Positions 28,858 through 42,704 of a stretch of 56,383 nucleotides of DNA are shown here, piece by piece (the first letter of the stretch is position 1; each line of letters opens with the position of its first letter). The position numbers and the translations under genes are program-made. Source of the DNA: Batkoa obscura (taxonomy: Eukaryota); the NCBI GenBank assembly GCA_030770535.1, contig JASVEC010000107.1, positions 1-56,383 of the forward strand, read 5' to 3'. The notes under the pieces are model-generated. The model worked only from the letters and a program-made list of their open reading frames with translations, searched no databases and was not told the DNA's origin.

Positions 28858-29580
28858 TTATTTATCTTTTTTAACTTTAATAAATTGGTAGATCTGTTTC
28901 AAAAAGTCATATTCATAAAAATAACTATAAAATAATTGTTAAAAATATAATTAAAAATAATATACAAAATACTTACATAGATAAACAAGTTGATAGAAAA
29001 CAAAGTATACCGATTAATAAATGCAATGCAGCTTTATATAAAGTAGTGTAACCAACAACAACATTTGAATAATAACCTATTATAAAACTAGTAAAAAACA
29101 TAGCAATCACTACTCTATGAAACCTGATCTTTTTTATCAAATCCATAAAACTAATTTTAAAATATTCAATAATAAACTTGACTGCCCATCCGATTCTTAA
29201 TGTCATATTGATACTATTGGCCACAATAATTGCATAAGATATTTGATTTACAAACTTACTTAAGGTATACCCAATTGATAAATAAACAACAGTAAATCCA
29301 ATTAAAGAAAGAGTAAATTGATTTAACTTCTTTGTTGTTGCTATGGTTTGTAAAAATGCTTCTGTAATACCATTGACACCCAATAATGGAATATAGAAAC
29401 AATAAAATGATAATATATTACTTGCTAATTCAACATTCCATCCTTTACGTAAGAAGTAATACAGTAATGTGGTATAATTAGGTATAAAAAATAAGATAAA
29501 TAGAGCTAATAGTAATTCAAATTTAATTAATAATTGTAATAAATTTAAAGTCACTTGTTGATTATTATTATTATTATTGA

Positions 29581-29635
<55 letters not shown>

Positions 29636-30766
29636 TAATAATTTTGAAAATAAGTTTCTAGTAATTTCTTCAATGGGCTGATAAATTATTCTTACTATTA
29701 ATGAACCTAATAATTAAACTCTATTAGCTTATTTCAACATTAAGAATTTAACATTATTTTCAATAACTTACCGTAATTAATAGCTGAAGAATAATATCCT
29801 TTCTCAGTATTTTCTGTCAATAATATTAGTAGTAATTTATCTCCTTCTGTTAAGATATGTTTAATTATAGATTGAAAAAACAAACTTATACTTAATACAA
29901 TGATTTTGGGTTCAAAATAATAATATTTGCTAATAGAATAAAAAGTTAATCAATTAATTAATTAAATACAATATCTTACTTTCCCTCACTCAATATTTTC
30001 TCAGGTAAAAAATTAACCTCATTTTGCTTATAAAAATACACTGCATAAAATATAAACAAGGATAATGCATAGACTAATTGGGCTATTGCAAACGCTAATA
30101 TAATCAATTGATTATCCAAAAGCTTCCAAACAATAAAAAAACTTAGACAAAATAAACTTATACTTTTAAAAAATAAACTAATGCCTTCGACTTGACTTCG
30201 AATTAAATAATCCATTTTTTGTAATATTATTATATAATAAGGTTCGCTCCAAAGTTCGATATTAGCTGCTAATATATAGAGATAATAGCTCCATTTGAAA
30301 TATATATTCTCTTCTTTTCCTTCCCATTGCTTCGTTATTATAATACTTATGGATAGTGTTCCACCTATCATGATGGGTAGATAACATAAATTAATTACTT
30401 TCTTCTTATTTTGATTAAAATCTAAATTTAATAAACTAATTCGAAAACAATCTCGTGATAAAAATAAAATGGTGGATAATAAAAATTCATAATCGATCAT
30501 TACTTTTCCATAAATTTCACTGGATATAAAATAATAAAACGTCTGATTTAATAAAAATGATAATACTTTGGTATATAATTGCAAACTGAAGAGATATTGA
30601 ATACCTTTAATGGAAGAATGGATCAATTGATCACTAGTCTTGGAAGTACTGTTAGTTACATTGCTCGTTTCATTAATCGGGTTGCTCGTTATTTCTTTTA
30701 TATTAGTAGCTGAATTACTTGCATTCTCAACCTTTTTTTTTTTTTATTTTTATTTTTATTTTTCAT
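28858..30766 (-). CDS. RFT1: Rft1 lipid-linked oligosaccharide translocation protein, 4 exons; start requires +1 nt in an A13 run
   Basis: LFLSRDCFR, ELWSEP, KHILTEGDK, YGSLIVRIIYQPIEE, YIPLLGVNGITEAF; last exon ends at TAA 28858-28860. Confidence 0.9.
29561..29635 (-). repeat. (AAT)n coding poly-Asn insert in an RFT1 loop
   Basis: Reads FSKLL-NNNN..KFNNNNNN-QQVTL in frame. Confidence 0.85.
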
Positions 30767-30933
30767 AATTTAAAATTTAAAAAAGAAAACCAGTTCCATA
30801 AACACGTCAAAGTTTAAAAATCCCATAACTTTTTCTTCTATCCAATTGAAATCCCAATTTCATCAGTAATTAAAGTTGATTAAAAGATTTTGAAATTAGC
30901 ACTATTTTTATTGAAATTACTTAATAAACAAAG

Positions 30934-31552
30934 ATGAAATTAGTCAAGTAATTGAAGATTATAAATTGTTATATAAAATAGTGTATTAATCGGACCGTAT
31001 ATTATATAGATTTTTAATGAAATTATCCAATGAAACAGTGACCATTGAATTAAAAAATGGTACTATTGTACATGGTACTATCTCTGGTAAGTTCTTATTT
31101 CTCTCTAACATTTTATCTCGTTAAACCAACCGATTTCTATTAAAAAACTAATACATTATTTACTCACTTTAGGCGTTGATATGAGTATGAACACACATTT
31201 AAAAAAAGTCAAGATTACAGTTAAAAATCGGGATCCAACTTCATTAGATAATTTAAGTTTAAGAGGCAGTAATATACGCTATTATATCTTACCAGATAGT
31301 TTACCGTTAGATACATTATTGATTGATGATTCTCCTAAAAATCGTGGAAAAAAGAAAGAAGGTAAGTAGAAAACAAGACAGGAATATAGAAGAGAAAGTT
31401 TGATTTGATATTGGAAATGCTTTTTTGGAAAAAGATTAATTATGGATTTTTTTATTAATATGATTTTTTTCTTAGTTGAAGAAACTTCCATTTCTACAAG
31501 AGGTGGACGTGGTCGTGGTCGTGGTCGTGGACGTGGTGGTCTCCGTAGATAA
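30934..31552 (+). CDS. SMD1: Sm core protein D1, 4 exons
   Basis: [53 protein letters not shown], with an RG-repeat tail. Confidence 0.96.
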
Positions 31553-31655
31553 ATTTAAGCTCTTTTTTATATTAAATACAGCAAATGAAATAGTTGTTTT
31601 TTTTATCAATAACAACGATAGTAAATTTTTTATTTGATCTATTCATTTTATTTTT

Positions 31656-32940
31656 TTATTTTAAACCTAACAAGTCAATCCCATTTAAGCAAGGTAGTGC
31701 TTTTTTACCGGCATATAAAGAAGTCAATAGTTTAAACTCACTTCCACCCTTGTCAACATAGCTACATTTCAATAATAATTTTTGATAAGCTCTTGCCAAC
31801 TTCCTTAATTTTTCATAATTTGGTTTCAAACCTTGACTTTCCATTAACTCTGTATAATAATTTAATTGTGCTTTATTTTCTAATTCTTTGATTAAATCAG
31901 AACTCAAAGGAGGTAATAATTTAAAAAATAAACGCTTATAATAGTTGATTATGTAATTGTTAACGCGTATTGATGAATGTTGTATGCTTTCTGGGACACT
32001 GGGCTTGAGTTTATATCCTTGATAAAGAAGAAGATGTTGAAATTTAGGGTTGGCTAAGAGTTGGGGTAATAAATTATTTTTTAAATCTATATCGTTTATG
32101 CTGTCTATTTCATCTATATTGTTAGTTTCTGATTTTTTAAATAAATAATCCTAATAAAACAAAAAAGAACTGAAATGAAATTAGTTAATATTTTTAAATG
32201 AAACTTACTTTTAATAATTCCCATCTCAAGTTACCTCTTCTACCATATGCGTTTTCCAACACTGTTAATAAACTATCCGGATCTAAATTGTTGGCTTTGA
32301 TTAATTTGCGTAAATGCTAAATAAATAGATAAATAGGTAATACTCAATTAACAACCTCTACTTTTACCTTTCTAGTCTTTGCTCTTTTAGTTTTGATTAA
32401 TTGATTCACTGGATAGGATTGATATTTACGAAACTCTGTTCTTATTCTATTTACTATGTAACATCTATTCCCAAAAAATAACAATTAAAGCACAGTTATT
32501 TCTAATTATAATAACAAACTCGCTTACTTGACTCTATTATCTAAAAATTTATTCGCTTGTTTTAATAATTGACGATAATTATTTTTAATTTCCCAAGTTA
32601 AATACTCTGGATCTTCGTAAATGGTAGGTAAAAATAAGGAGACTGAATACAGTCTTGGATCCTCGATACAGATGATCGTTTTATTGAGGCATTGTTTATG
32701 ACTTTTAAGTGCTGAAACTGTTGAAAAGACAATCTGGCCGAGAGATTAGGTTGTAAATGTTGTATTGCTATTGCTTTTTTTAAAGATTTGGTTTCTATTA
32801 TTGAATTATTAAATATAGTATATCAATAATTATCTTCTATTTTACCTTGATTAAAATAAATAAAATTGAATGTTTGATAATATCTTAATTGATAACAATA
32901 GATTGAAACTGTACTATTTTTACACCAATTTGTCAACATT
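31656..32940 (-). CDS. Mitochondrial LYR-motif protein (Cup1-like); 5' exon structure uncertain
   Basis: Spliced YRQLLKQANKFLDNRVKCYIVNRIRTEFR...LRKLIKAN..VLENAYGRRG, then LLPPLS and RKLARAYQKLL. Confidence 0.6.
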
Positions 32941-33073
32941 TTAAATTGCAACAAAAAAATAATTTCAAAAAAAGAAGAATCTTCATCAAAAACTATATCA
33001 ATTTTATTTCTTATAATACTGCTTTTTCTTAATATAACTAACTTCACTAATAAAAAAAAACTATTAATTAATA

Positions 33074-34162
33074 CTAATTCAAAAATGTTATAAAAAAGAG
33101 ATTCCACCTAATACTTAAATTATCCCTATAACTTTTGCTCTCTTCAAAACCTTCTCTTTCTCTATTTTCAACATCGATTATTTTATCTTTATTGTTAAAA
33201 TAAGATTTGTTATTATATCTCCAACAATCTTCTCTACATAGTTCTTTAGGTATATCCATCATTTGATATATAGATCTTTGACTATTATATAATATATTAT
33301 TATTATTACCGTATTTAATCTAATTTAATTTACTAAGGTGGCTTAAATGGTTTATCTCTACCACCAAAACGTAATTGTCCACTTTCTTTTTGACCACCCA
33401 AACCACCACCTATAAAAATAATTAATTAAGTCCATTGTTTGATCTATTTATTTTGAACAGTTGTTATCATTGATAAAACATTACCTAATCTTCTAGGTTT
33501 CCAATTTTTCATAATTCGATCTCGTTCATAATCTACTAATATTTTTTTACCTTGAATTTTGTATTTTTTAGCTTCCTTTTAATTTATTAAATTTCAATTA
33601 GTTCTTTTGTAGTTTGGAATTTTTGATAATGAGAAGGAATTACTTGATATGCTCTTTTACATTCGTCATAGGTACTAAATTGTATAAAACAATATCGTTT
33701 GGATTCTCCAGTAACTAATAAAAAGTTATTTAGTTTGAGTCATTTATTCAACTGAAATTTGTGTTCACTAAATATTACTTATATTTCGAATTAATTTAAT
33801 GTTTTCAATAGTACCGAATTTTTTAAATATCGATTCTAATTCACCTTATTTAATATTCAGTATTTAATTTTATACATAATTAATTTAATCTACTTTCCAC
33901 TACCGTCTCTTTTAATCTTGCTACAAATAATGTACGATAAGGATCTTGAGTAGGTTGATTGATTTTTTTACAATCATCTAAATTTCATAATTGATTATTT
34001 TGTTTATTTTTAAAATAGAATTTAATTTGATTTCAAATTACATCTTTTATTTAATGCTTTGATACATCCTTTATCATTCAGTATCCTTCCTTGTCCATCT
34101 ACAGTACAACTCTTTATTGGATTATATTCTTTGGCATAATGTACCATTTTATATTTATCCAT
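33074..34162 (-). CDS. SNRNP35: U11/U12 snRNP 35 kDa protein (minor spliceosome), 7 exons
   Basis: [69 protein letters not shown]; the [14 protein letters not shown] block marks U11-35K rather than U1-70K; ORF 33074-33262 is the spliced last exon. Confidence 0.93.
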
Positions 34163-34317
34163 CTTTTTGTAAGTAACAAAATAAAAGTAGAAAATTAGTT
34201 TTCACTTGATTGCATATTAAGTTAGATAAATTTTAGTCTATTTTAATTAGCTGAGTTCAAATAATAACAAAGCAAAAAATAAAAAATTCAAAACAGCAAT
34301 TTTTATTTAATAAAACT

Positions 34318-35885
34318 TCACCACTCCACTAAATCTGTGTCTTCCACTTCTCCAAATAGCGAATTTTTAACTATCGTTTGCCTTTGATGGGCTTCTAAAA
34401 TACATTTATTAACTTTCATTTGTGGTAATTTTTGTTTAATAAATTCTTGAATTAATACTGATAGTTGTTCAAATTCCAATAAAAAGCCATCATGTCCATC
34501 AATAGACTCAATTTGTTTCATTTCTGAATTAGGTAAATACTGAGCTAACTCATATTGTTCACTTATTGTAAATAACCCATCCGATTCAATACCTATAATA
34601 AAAATAAATGAATAAATATTACTAATACTACTATAAAATTATAATAGATTTACCAATAATTAAACTAGGCTGTTCAATAGATTTTAACGTCTCTGTATAC
34701 TCCCCTCTATTGTAACCTAAATCATGAGTATCCATTTTTTTAGTTAAATGAATATAACAATTAGCATCAAATCTATTAACAAATTTATCCCCTTGATATC
34801 TTAAATAACTTTGGGCTGAAAATACTTCTTTTTCTTCCACTTTATTTTCTCGTCGTTTCCTTCCAAACCTTAATTCAAAACTATTTCTTGTTCGATAGGT
34901 TAACAAAGCTGACATACGTGCAGCCGATAATCCCGATTTAGGGGGCTAAAAGAAATAAGATTTCAATAAAAGTATATCGAAATAAATTATAAAAACTTAC
35001 ATCATTAAAAGGATAATACCCATTCACTAAAAAATAAATAAAAAACTATACTCCTAAAAAAAGTGTCTTATAAACTTACGATATTTAGGATCCGAATAAA
35101 TAGCCTGTCTTTGAGCTTCGCCCCAACTAATACCCCAGCCTGAATGTTTACCACATGTAGCAATAGCTACAATAGCTTTGACATATTCTTTACCTAACAT
35201 AGCCCATTCTAAGACTTGCATACCACCTAAAGAGCCGCCAATACAAATGGCTACTTGTTTAACTCCTAATTGTTTTAGAATGGTATTATGTAGTCTAACC
35301 AAATAAAAAGACTATTAATAAATCCAAATATAATTAAAAGAATTGGGATTCCTTATATTTACCTAACATCATCTCTAATGGTGGTATTTGGAAATTCGGG
35401 TCCATAGAACTGATTAGTTTCTGAATTTAAAGTACATGGAGAAGCAGTCCCATATGGTGAGCCTAATACATTGCCACAAAATATAAAATATTGGCTTGGA
35501 TCAAAGATTTTTCCAATGCCTAATAACTGTCCCCACCTATAAATTAAAATGATAACAATCAGTATACTTATTTACTATAATATCATAGTAATAGTTTACC
35601 AATCACTAATATCGGCAGATCCTGTCAAAGCATGGCATATTACCATCACATTATCTTTACTTTCATTTAATTGCCCCCATGTTTTGTAGGCTACCGGTAC
35701 TTTTTTTAATATAGTTTTGTTTTCTAATTCAAATTCTTCAAGTGTTGTTATCGTTTGTTCCGATACTAAATGAGCAAATGGGTTCTCAAGTAGTTGTTCA
35801 GTGACTGTAAATATTAATTTTAAAGTTAGCTGAAATTTTTGATACTGATAGAAATGAATTATTTACTTTTTTCTTCTTGTACCAT
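34318..35885 (-). CDS. MET2: Homoserine O-acetyltransferase, multi-exon with a 19-nt first exon and a 26-nt micro-exon
   Basis: ICHALTGSAD, NVLGSPYGT, GGSLGGMQ (catalytic Ser), RFDANCY, GHDGFLLE. Confidence 0.95.
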
Positions 35886-36437
35886 AATAATTGCTTTGTC
35901 CAGTTTGGCCAAAGATTAAGTTAAAATTGTTAATTTTATATATCTTTCATTATTATACAACTATTTATTGAATTTTATAGCATCCTCTATTTTCAATCTT
36001 AAAATTTTTTAATTAAATAACTTTATCTTAAACAATCTCCCTTTTAACTTATACCAATAAACGTCACCCAGCCCTCTACCTGATTGGATCCTTCAAAAGC
36101 ACCTAACTTTCAATGGGAATGACACCATCGATGGTATCATTTTAAAATTAAATTCGTCATTTCACGATTATAAGGTTGAGTCTAGTTTAGTTGATTAAAT
36201 ACAAATTCCTACAAATTGTGAGTTGAAAAGTAAAGGCTAAAATATATAGAGCAGATTGATAACAAATTGTTTAGTACATAACGTTTTATCTATCTATTTG
36301 AGGGTGGCTTTGTTATTGTCCTTGTAGTTTTCATTACTTTAACTAAATGAAATTGAAAGGGATAAATGCTGACAAAATGGAAAGCTAAATTAGGTAATGA
36401 TTAAAAATAGCCGAAAGTTGATTATCAGCTACTAATT

Positions 36438-36534
36438 GGTAATGTTTTTTTGACTGCATTATTTTTTCCATCTTTAAGCGCTGTTTGAGTGGAAAAATTG
36501 TTAGTAAAATTCTTAAATACAAAAATACATCCCC
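36438..36534 (-). mobile_element. MITE copy
   Basis: GGTAATGTTTTTTTGAC...AAGCGCTGTTTGAGTGGAAAAATTGTTAGTAAAATTCTTAAATACAAAAATACATCCCC; flanks AATT/ATTT. Confidence 0.88.
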
Positions 36535-36807
36535 ATTTTTTGTTTTAATGCTGAATTTGAATAATAAAATTGGACTTTTTATTTAAAATAAATAAAAGAG
36601 TTTTTGTATAGTAAACTTAAATCTCATGTAAATTGTTTATTAAGCTATATTAAATACTGTCTATAAAATATCTGATTTGTGATTTTTGTGATTTTTGTGA
36701 TTGTATTAGTTATCTGGAAATCAATTTAAAAGCTTTATTGAATTGTAGTTTTAATGAATTCTATTTGCATTTATATCATTTTCTATTTTAAACCCAGATC
36801 AGTATAT

Positions 36808-36904
36808 GAGGATGTATTTTTGTGTTTAAGAATTTTACTAACAATTTCTCCACTAAACAGCGCTTAAAGATGGAAAAAATAATGAAGTCAAAAAAAATAC
36901 TCCC
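36808..36904 (+). mobile_element. MITE copy
   Basis: GAGGATGTATTTTTGTGTTTAAGAATTTTACTAAC...GAAGTCAAAAAAAATACTCCC; flanks ATAT/GTAT. Confidence 0.88.
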
Positions 36905-37569
36905 GTATATTAATTAATGCAGTTATAATAATATTCATTTATAACTTGTATAAATCAAAGTTAATTTATATGTTATATTTAATAATGTAATTTTTGATTT
37001 TTTATGACTTACTATTTTCAATTTTATATTTCTAATTTATTAAAAAATTAGTTAACAATAACTAAGGGAGAAGTTAAAAAGGATAGGTCCTCCAACTTAT
37101 GTTCAACATGATACAATCTAATTGACATTATTTGTAAAACTTCGGGCTATATTCGATATTTGGATAGATTATGTGAATTAAGTTTAAAACAAAACAAGGC
37201 ACTTTATTAGTATATAAATTAAAGTAAAAAAATAAAAGACAATAGTAAAGACAAAGGGTTTTGGCAAAGATATATTTATTATGAACTGTAGTTATTGTAA
37301 GGAAATAAATTCTGATATAATAAATTCCTATTTAATAAGATTTTAGCTGTATCTAAACTTAATCATGGATAAAAACAAGCCTTCAATATTTAGTTTGTAT
37401 TTTAAGTGGTTTAAAATATAGAAAAAGTATAACAGAAATCATTAACAAAAAACTTCTATTTAAATATTACAATTCAAGCTCAATTAGAAATGCATTTTAA
37501 TTGGCTAAAAGTTGAATTTGGAAATAAGTCAATTAAAAAGATCAAATATTTCCATTCTTAACCATTTCG

Positions 37570-40485
37570 ATGAGTAATACAGTCAAACCAAAGTTAAATG
37601 AAACTCAAGGAAAACAAGGTCCGGTTAAGCGAAAGATTCATGTAATATGTCGAGTGAGACCTTTTTTAATAAATGAGGTGGAGGATGATACCATTATTAT
37701 TGATAAAAAAGAAAAAACAATATTGATTCAAAATTTAAGAAATCCATCAGAAACGTTTTATTATAAGTAATATTTAGTTTCAACTGATTTAAAATAGATT
37801 AAATTTTATAATAGTTTCGATAATTGTTACGATTCTTTAAGTACCCAGACGGATATATTTAAAAAAAATGCTCTTCCTTTGTTAGATAATGTTATTAAAG
37901 GTTTGGTAAAAGCATATCAATTCTTTTTAGAGTAACAACTTAATTTAAAAAATATATTGACAGGATGCAACAATATTTTGTTATGGTATGACTGGAGCAG
38001 GTAGGAATTTTCATTTTAAGATAGAATTTAAGATAAAAATTAAAATGATTTTAGTTAATAACTATTATTTAATTTAGGAAAAACATATACTTTAGAAGGA
38101 ACAGAATCAGATCCAGGATTGATACCGAAATGTTTAAGATATTTGTTCAAAAAAAGACAAGATTTTTTAAAAATAAATCACGAAAATGAGTTCACTGTTA
38201 CAATGAGTTATATGGAAGTATATAAAGAAATAGTATTTGATTTATTACTACCGAGAGAACAGGTTGGAAAGTTTAATCAAAAAATTGAAATTATCTAAAC
38301 TAGTTATAGCAATCTTTTGGAGGTTTAAATATACGAGAAAATAGTAAAAGAGAAATTTTCGTAGCGGATTTGACACACGTATTTTCATTTAAACTCGATA
38401 TTCTAATTATTAACAAAAGAATTATAGAAAACTGTAAATTCAATTAATGAATTCCTTAAGGAATTTAAGTAAGTCAATTGTTATATTGTGTTTTTGCCGC
38501 TAATTGTTTTATTTAGCTTTGCATGTAGAAATAGATCGACGGCATCAACAAAGCTGAATACCCGTTCATCAAGATCACATGCCATCCTTACTATAAATGT
38601 AACAAATAGTTCGATCCAATTTATAATATTTAATATTTAATTAGATAAAAATAAAAAGTAGTATCGAGAAACGTAGTTATATTGGAAAGTTGAGTATGAT
38701 AGATTTAGCAGGATCCGAGGATAATCGTAGAACAGGAAATAATTTAGAAAGGATGGCAGAGTCTGGAGCTATAAACAAGTCTTTATTTGTATTAGGGCAA
38801 GTGGTTGATGCAATCAATAGTGGAGCTGTAAGATTTTTTATTTTTTATTTTAATTACTAATAAAAATTAGCAAAGAGTACCATATAGAGATTCAAAAATG
38901 ACTAGGATATTACAAGTAATATTTTTATTTTTTTAATTAATTAATTAATTGTAAAATAGCCTTCTCTTTCTGGAAAATCCCTTGGAATGATAATAGTAAA
39001 TATAGCTCCTGGACAAGTAAATACAATATACAGCAATTTATAGCTAAGCTTTAACATTTCATATTAAGGAATTCTTTTTAGAAACCCAACAGTAAGTATA
39101 ATAATTGTAAAGAAAAGTCATTAGTATTCACTTTCAATAATAAGAGCATTAAACTTTGCTATAAAATCAAAGAAAATTATAAGTTCTGTAGCAGTTAAAC
39201 AATTCAAAGGTAACCTTTAGACTGAAAATCATTTTGGTTGAGTACTATTTCTACGCTTTTAATAGATAAGATCTCGCCCTTAACAACCAATAATGACATG
39301 AATGGAAATAAGCAAGACATTAATAGAAGGAAGACTAGTTCTTTAGAGCATATTAATCCAAATGCTAAAATATCACCAAATAACAATAAAAGAAAATCCA
39401 ATAATGCGGTAACAATAGAAAGGAGCACAAAATATTTTAATGGTACACCTTCAAAACTTAGAAATAATCTAAAGTAAGATTTACTATTTAACTTGATTTA
39501 GCTTATACTAAAACTTGCAATATATTAACATCAAATTAATTTACTATTGTTAATAGTAGAAATAGTATAGAAAGCCCAGAAAATAAAAAATTATACGTTC
39601 TAAATAGTTTGTTGAATAAAAAGAAGTCTCCTTCTAAGGTTGCGGCAAGTCCGTCAAGTGATGCTAAAGAGATAATACGTTCAAGAGCAAAGTTAGATAA
39701 TGCAGTTGAGCTAGTAAAATTAGCACAATCCCTTAGATTGAGTGGAAATCTTACAGACTCCTTAAAATATTACGTGAAAGGTAAGATAAGCTAAAATTGT
39801 ATATTTATATACTTATCCAACTTATTAAGCAAATGAGTCGGCACCGGATGATCCTATTATTCAACAAAGGATAGCAGAACTATGTAATGAAATCCAACTT
39901 TCAACAACTCCACCTAAAAAAGGAAAAGCACTTTATTCAGTAGTAAACCAAACTCCACCTAAAAAAGTTAATCCAATTAGAACGAAACAAAATCCATCTG
40001 CCATTATCTCACAAAATAAGTGTAAAATAGGCCTGTTTATTCCTAGTAAAAATAACCATATAAAGGATGAGGTGGATCGTAAAGAAATAAAGATCAAAAA
40101 AGAGGATAGTAGTTCTGGATCTGAAGAATGGAAATATGAAAGTGAAGAAGATAGTATACAGGAAGAGGTTGCTTTAAAACCAGTAAAAAAGAGGAAGCGG
40201 GAGAATAAAGAAAATGGAGATCATAACACCTCAATTAGTAAAATTCCAGACACTGAGCTTGAACAGTATTCAAAATGTTTAGATGACCCCAATCATCCTT
40301 TAGTTGGTCTTATAAATACAGGAAATATTAAAATGATCAAATCTCTTTATGGCGTTGGTCCTAAAAAAGCGAATATAGTTATTGAACAGAGGAAAGAAAG
40401 GATATTTAGTAAATTAGATGATCTTAAAGAAGCAGGGTTTAATGAAAAGGCTATTTTAAGGATATTATTCGCCTATCACAATTAA
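37570..40485 (+). CDS. Kinesin-10 (KIF22/Kid-like chromokinesin), many short introns
   Basis: [57 protein letters not shown]-terminal Hh[18 protein letters not shown]. Confidence 0.9.
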
Positions 40486-40973
40486 TTTCAAAGTTTATTA
40501 TTCAATATTCTGTTATAGAATGTTTTGAGTTGTCATTTTGAATTGAAATGAAACGTTTACTATCGATATTTATAGGTAGATGATTGCTGAGGTCTAATAT
40601 TAAAAAACAAGAAACTTATTTATTATACGGAAAATGTAATAAATAATTATAAAAGTTGTATAATTAGTTTATTGTAGATTACAATTGTATTTTATTCGTG
40701 ATAAATTTAAATCTGATACTATTAATGAATTTATAGACTCGATTAAAATAGTTTTGGTATTAAATTTTATTGAAAGTTACTTTATATTAATCAAAGAATA
40801 TTTTAAAAGCTAGGTTAATGGTCATAGAATGTTGAAATTTTAATCAAATTTACAAGAATAGGCTAATCTTGGCCCATTTTAATGTACATAAATGCTGTGG
40901 AGAAGGAAAAGAAAGGAAAAGATAGTTATATTAAATAAAGTAGGATATAAACTATAGTCCACATTAAATATAT

Positions 40974-42704
40974 TCAATCTTGAATTAATTGGAGATTTTG
41001 TAAACACACACGAGCAAAAGACCAATAGCTACTTAAATGGTTGATTGCTGAAATAAAATCTGTAACCATTTCTTCAGAATATTTTACCTGTGTTTTAAAC
41101 TCCGAATTTTTTAATTTGATTAAAAAACAAGCGAATACATAAAAATCAAAACTTACAGAAGCAGAGCTTCTTTGATTGGTACGACGATCTTTAACCACTT
41201 TCGCCGCTATATGTGCCTGCTCTACACAAGTAATACATCTGTTTAATATCCTTTTTCCTATCCTTGAATTAGAAGTAGTTAAACTTAATTTTTTTACTTG
41301 TGTATTTAAAATTTCTGGAAAGTAATAAATAATCGTGACTGCGCCCAATAAGTTACGAACATAAAGTGTAAAATTTCTCATCATTAAACGAAGTTTTGGG
41401 CTTGGAAGTAGTGCATTTAATTTTGAAAACGTAAATGTAAGTTTTTGTGTATAATTTAATAGATCTGTGGTCTCCTTGGATTTGTTTTTTTCTTTAATAT
41501 CCTCTTGGATAATATATTGCGTTAGTAATCTTAAACAAAAGAAAAAATGATGTATGATTTTGACATAATTTTCTACCACCTCCTGTTGTAAAATATTATT
41601 GCTTAATAATTGATCCTTTCCTTGAGTTGAATCTTCAATGTTGATAGGTATGGTTAAATTTATTATATGAATTCCACCATCACCTGGCTTAAACTTTTGA
41701 ATTAAAGGGCGTTGATGAATTAACGAAGAGACCCTTTCCATTTCAAGGCAGAACATCCAAGCTCGGCATCTTTCTTTATAATCTTCTAAATCTTCTTGAA
41801 GATAAGTTGTGTCTAAATTTTCGCATGAAACAAGATAAACATATCCAAGCTGTTGTCCCATTTTGATGGAACTTGCAATCAAGTTCATAGATAAAGTGTC
41901 CATTTCAAAACATAAAGTGCCCAACATATTAAGAGCTTGCATATTAGCTTGGGAAGGTGAATACTGGGCTTCAGAAATCGCATTTCTTGAAGCATTAAAA
42001 AAGCTTTGAGAAAGTAACCATCGGGGAGTCTTAATCCAATTTTCATTACTAGAAAACTTTACAGAATAAGCACACATTGCATAGATTAAAGCTTTTGAGC
42101 AGCATCCTTTTTTGGTTTCAAAAGCATGCTTATTTACTAATGGATGTGAAACTTGGACCACTGAAAAATATAAAGCAATTAACTCTTGTATCATTGCTTC
42201 ATTCGCCCATTTTATATATAACTTGTCAAATTTGTTAATATCTGGAGGTGGTATGTTGAAGTTATTCGCTAAATTTGGAATTGGAGCTAATTTAAAGAAT
42301 TTATTTTCATAGTTATGGCTTTCATGAGAATCAAGATAACTACTGATATTATTAGATAGATTCTTGTTAGAAAATCTCATCAAATGCTTATTCAAGTTTT
42401 CTACAAGATTGTGTTGATTTCTAACTATCTTATCGGACAAAAGTGATTCTATCATTTCTAATCGTTGAGAAAAATTAGATATTTGTGTTTTGAATGTAGT
42501 GTTATTATTAGTGACTATTGAGTATTCTGAAGTTTTACTAGATTCTGAAAAGTTCCTTTTTAAACTGTGTCCTGTGATTTCAGAAGAGTTGGATGTTGGA
42601 GTCACTTCTTCGATAAAGAGCTCATGCGGCTCTAGAACACACCTATTGTCTATATAATTCTCAGGTTGATTGCTTAATTCAAAGTTACAATATTTTATTT
42701 CCAT
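40974..42704 (-). CDS. Fungal-specific transcription factor domain protein (Fungal_trans/MHR) with no intact Zn2Cys6 finger in the ORF
   Basis: ELIALYFSVVQVSHPLVNK, LIYAMCA, MQALNML, ASSIKMGQQLG, ERCRAWMFC..ER..S...RP. Confidence 0.75.
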   Translation of the reverse strand: MEIKYCNFELSNQPENYIDNRCVLEPHELFIEEVTPTSNSSEITGHSLKRNFSESSKTSEYSIVTNNNTTFKTQISNFSQRLEMIESLLSDKIVRNQHNLVENLNKHLMRFSNKNLSNNISSYLDSHESHNYENKFFKLAPIPNLANNFNIPPPDINKFDKLYIKWANEAMIQELIALYFSVVQVSHPLVNKHAFETKKGCCSKALIYAMCAYSVKFSSNENWIKTPRWLLSQSFFNASRNAISEAQYSPSQANMQALNMLGTLCFEMDTLSMNLIASSIKMGQQLGYVYLVSCENLDTTYLQEDLEDYKERCRAWMFCLEMERVSSLIHQRPLIQKFKPGDGGIHIINLTIPINIEDSTQGKDQLLSNNILQQEVVENYVKIIHHFFFCLRLLTQYIIQEDIKEKNKSKETTDLLNYTQKLTFTFSKLNALLPSPKLRLMMRNFTLYVRNLLGAVTIIYYFPEILNTQVKKLSLTTSNSRIGKRILNRCITCVEQAHIAAKVVKDRRTNQRSSASVSFDFYVFACFLIKLKNSEFKTQVKYSEEMVTDFISAINHLSSYWSFARVCLQNLQLIQD

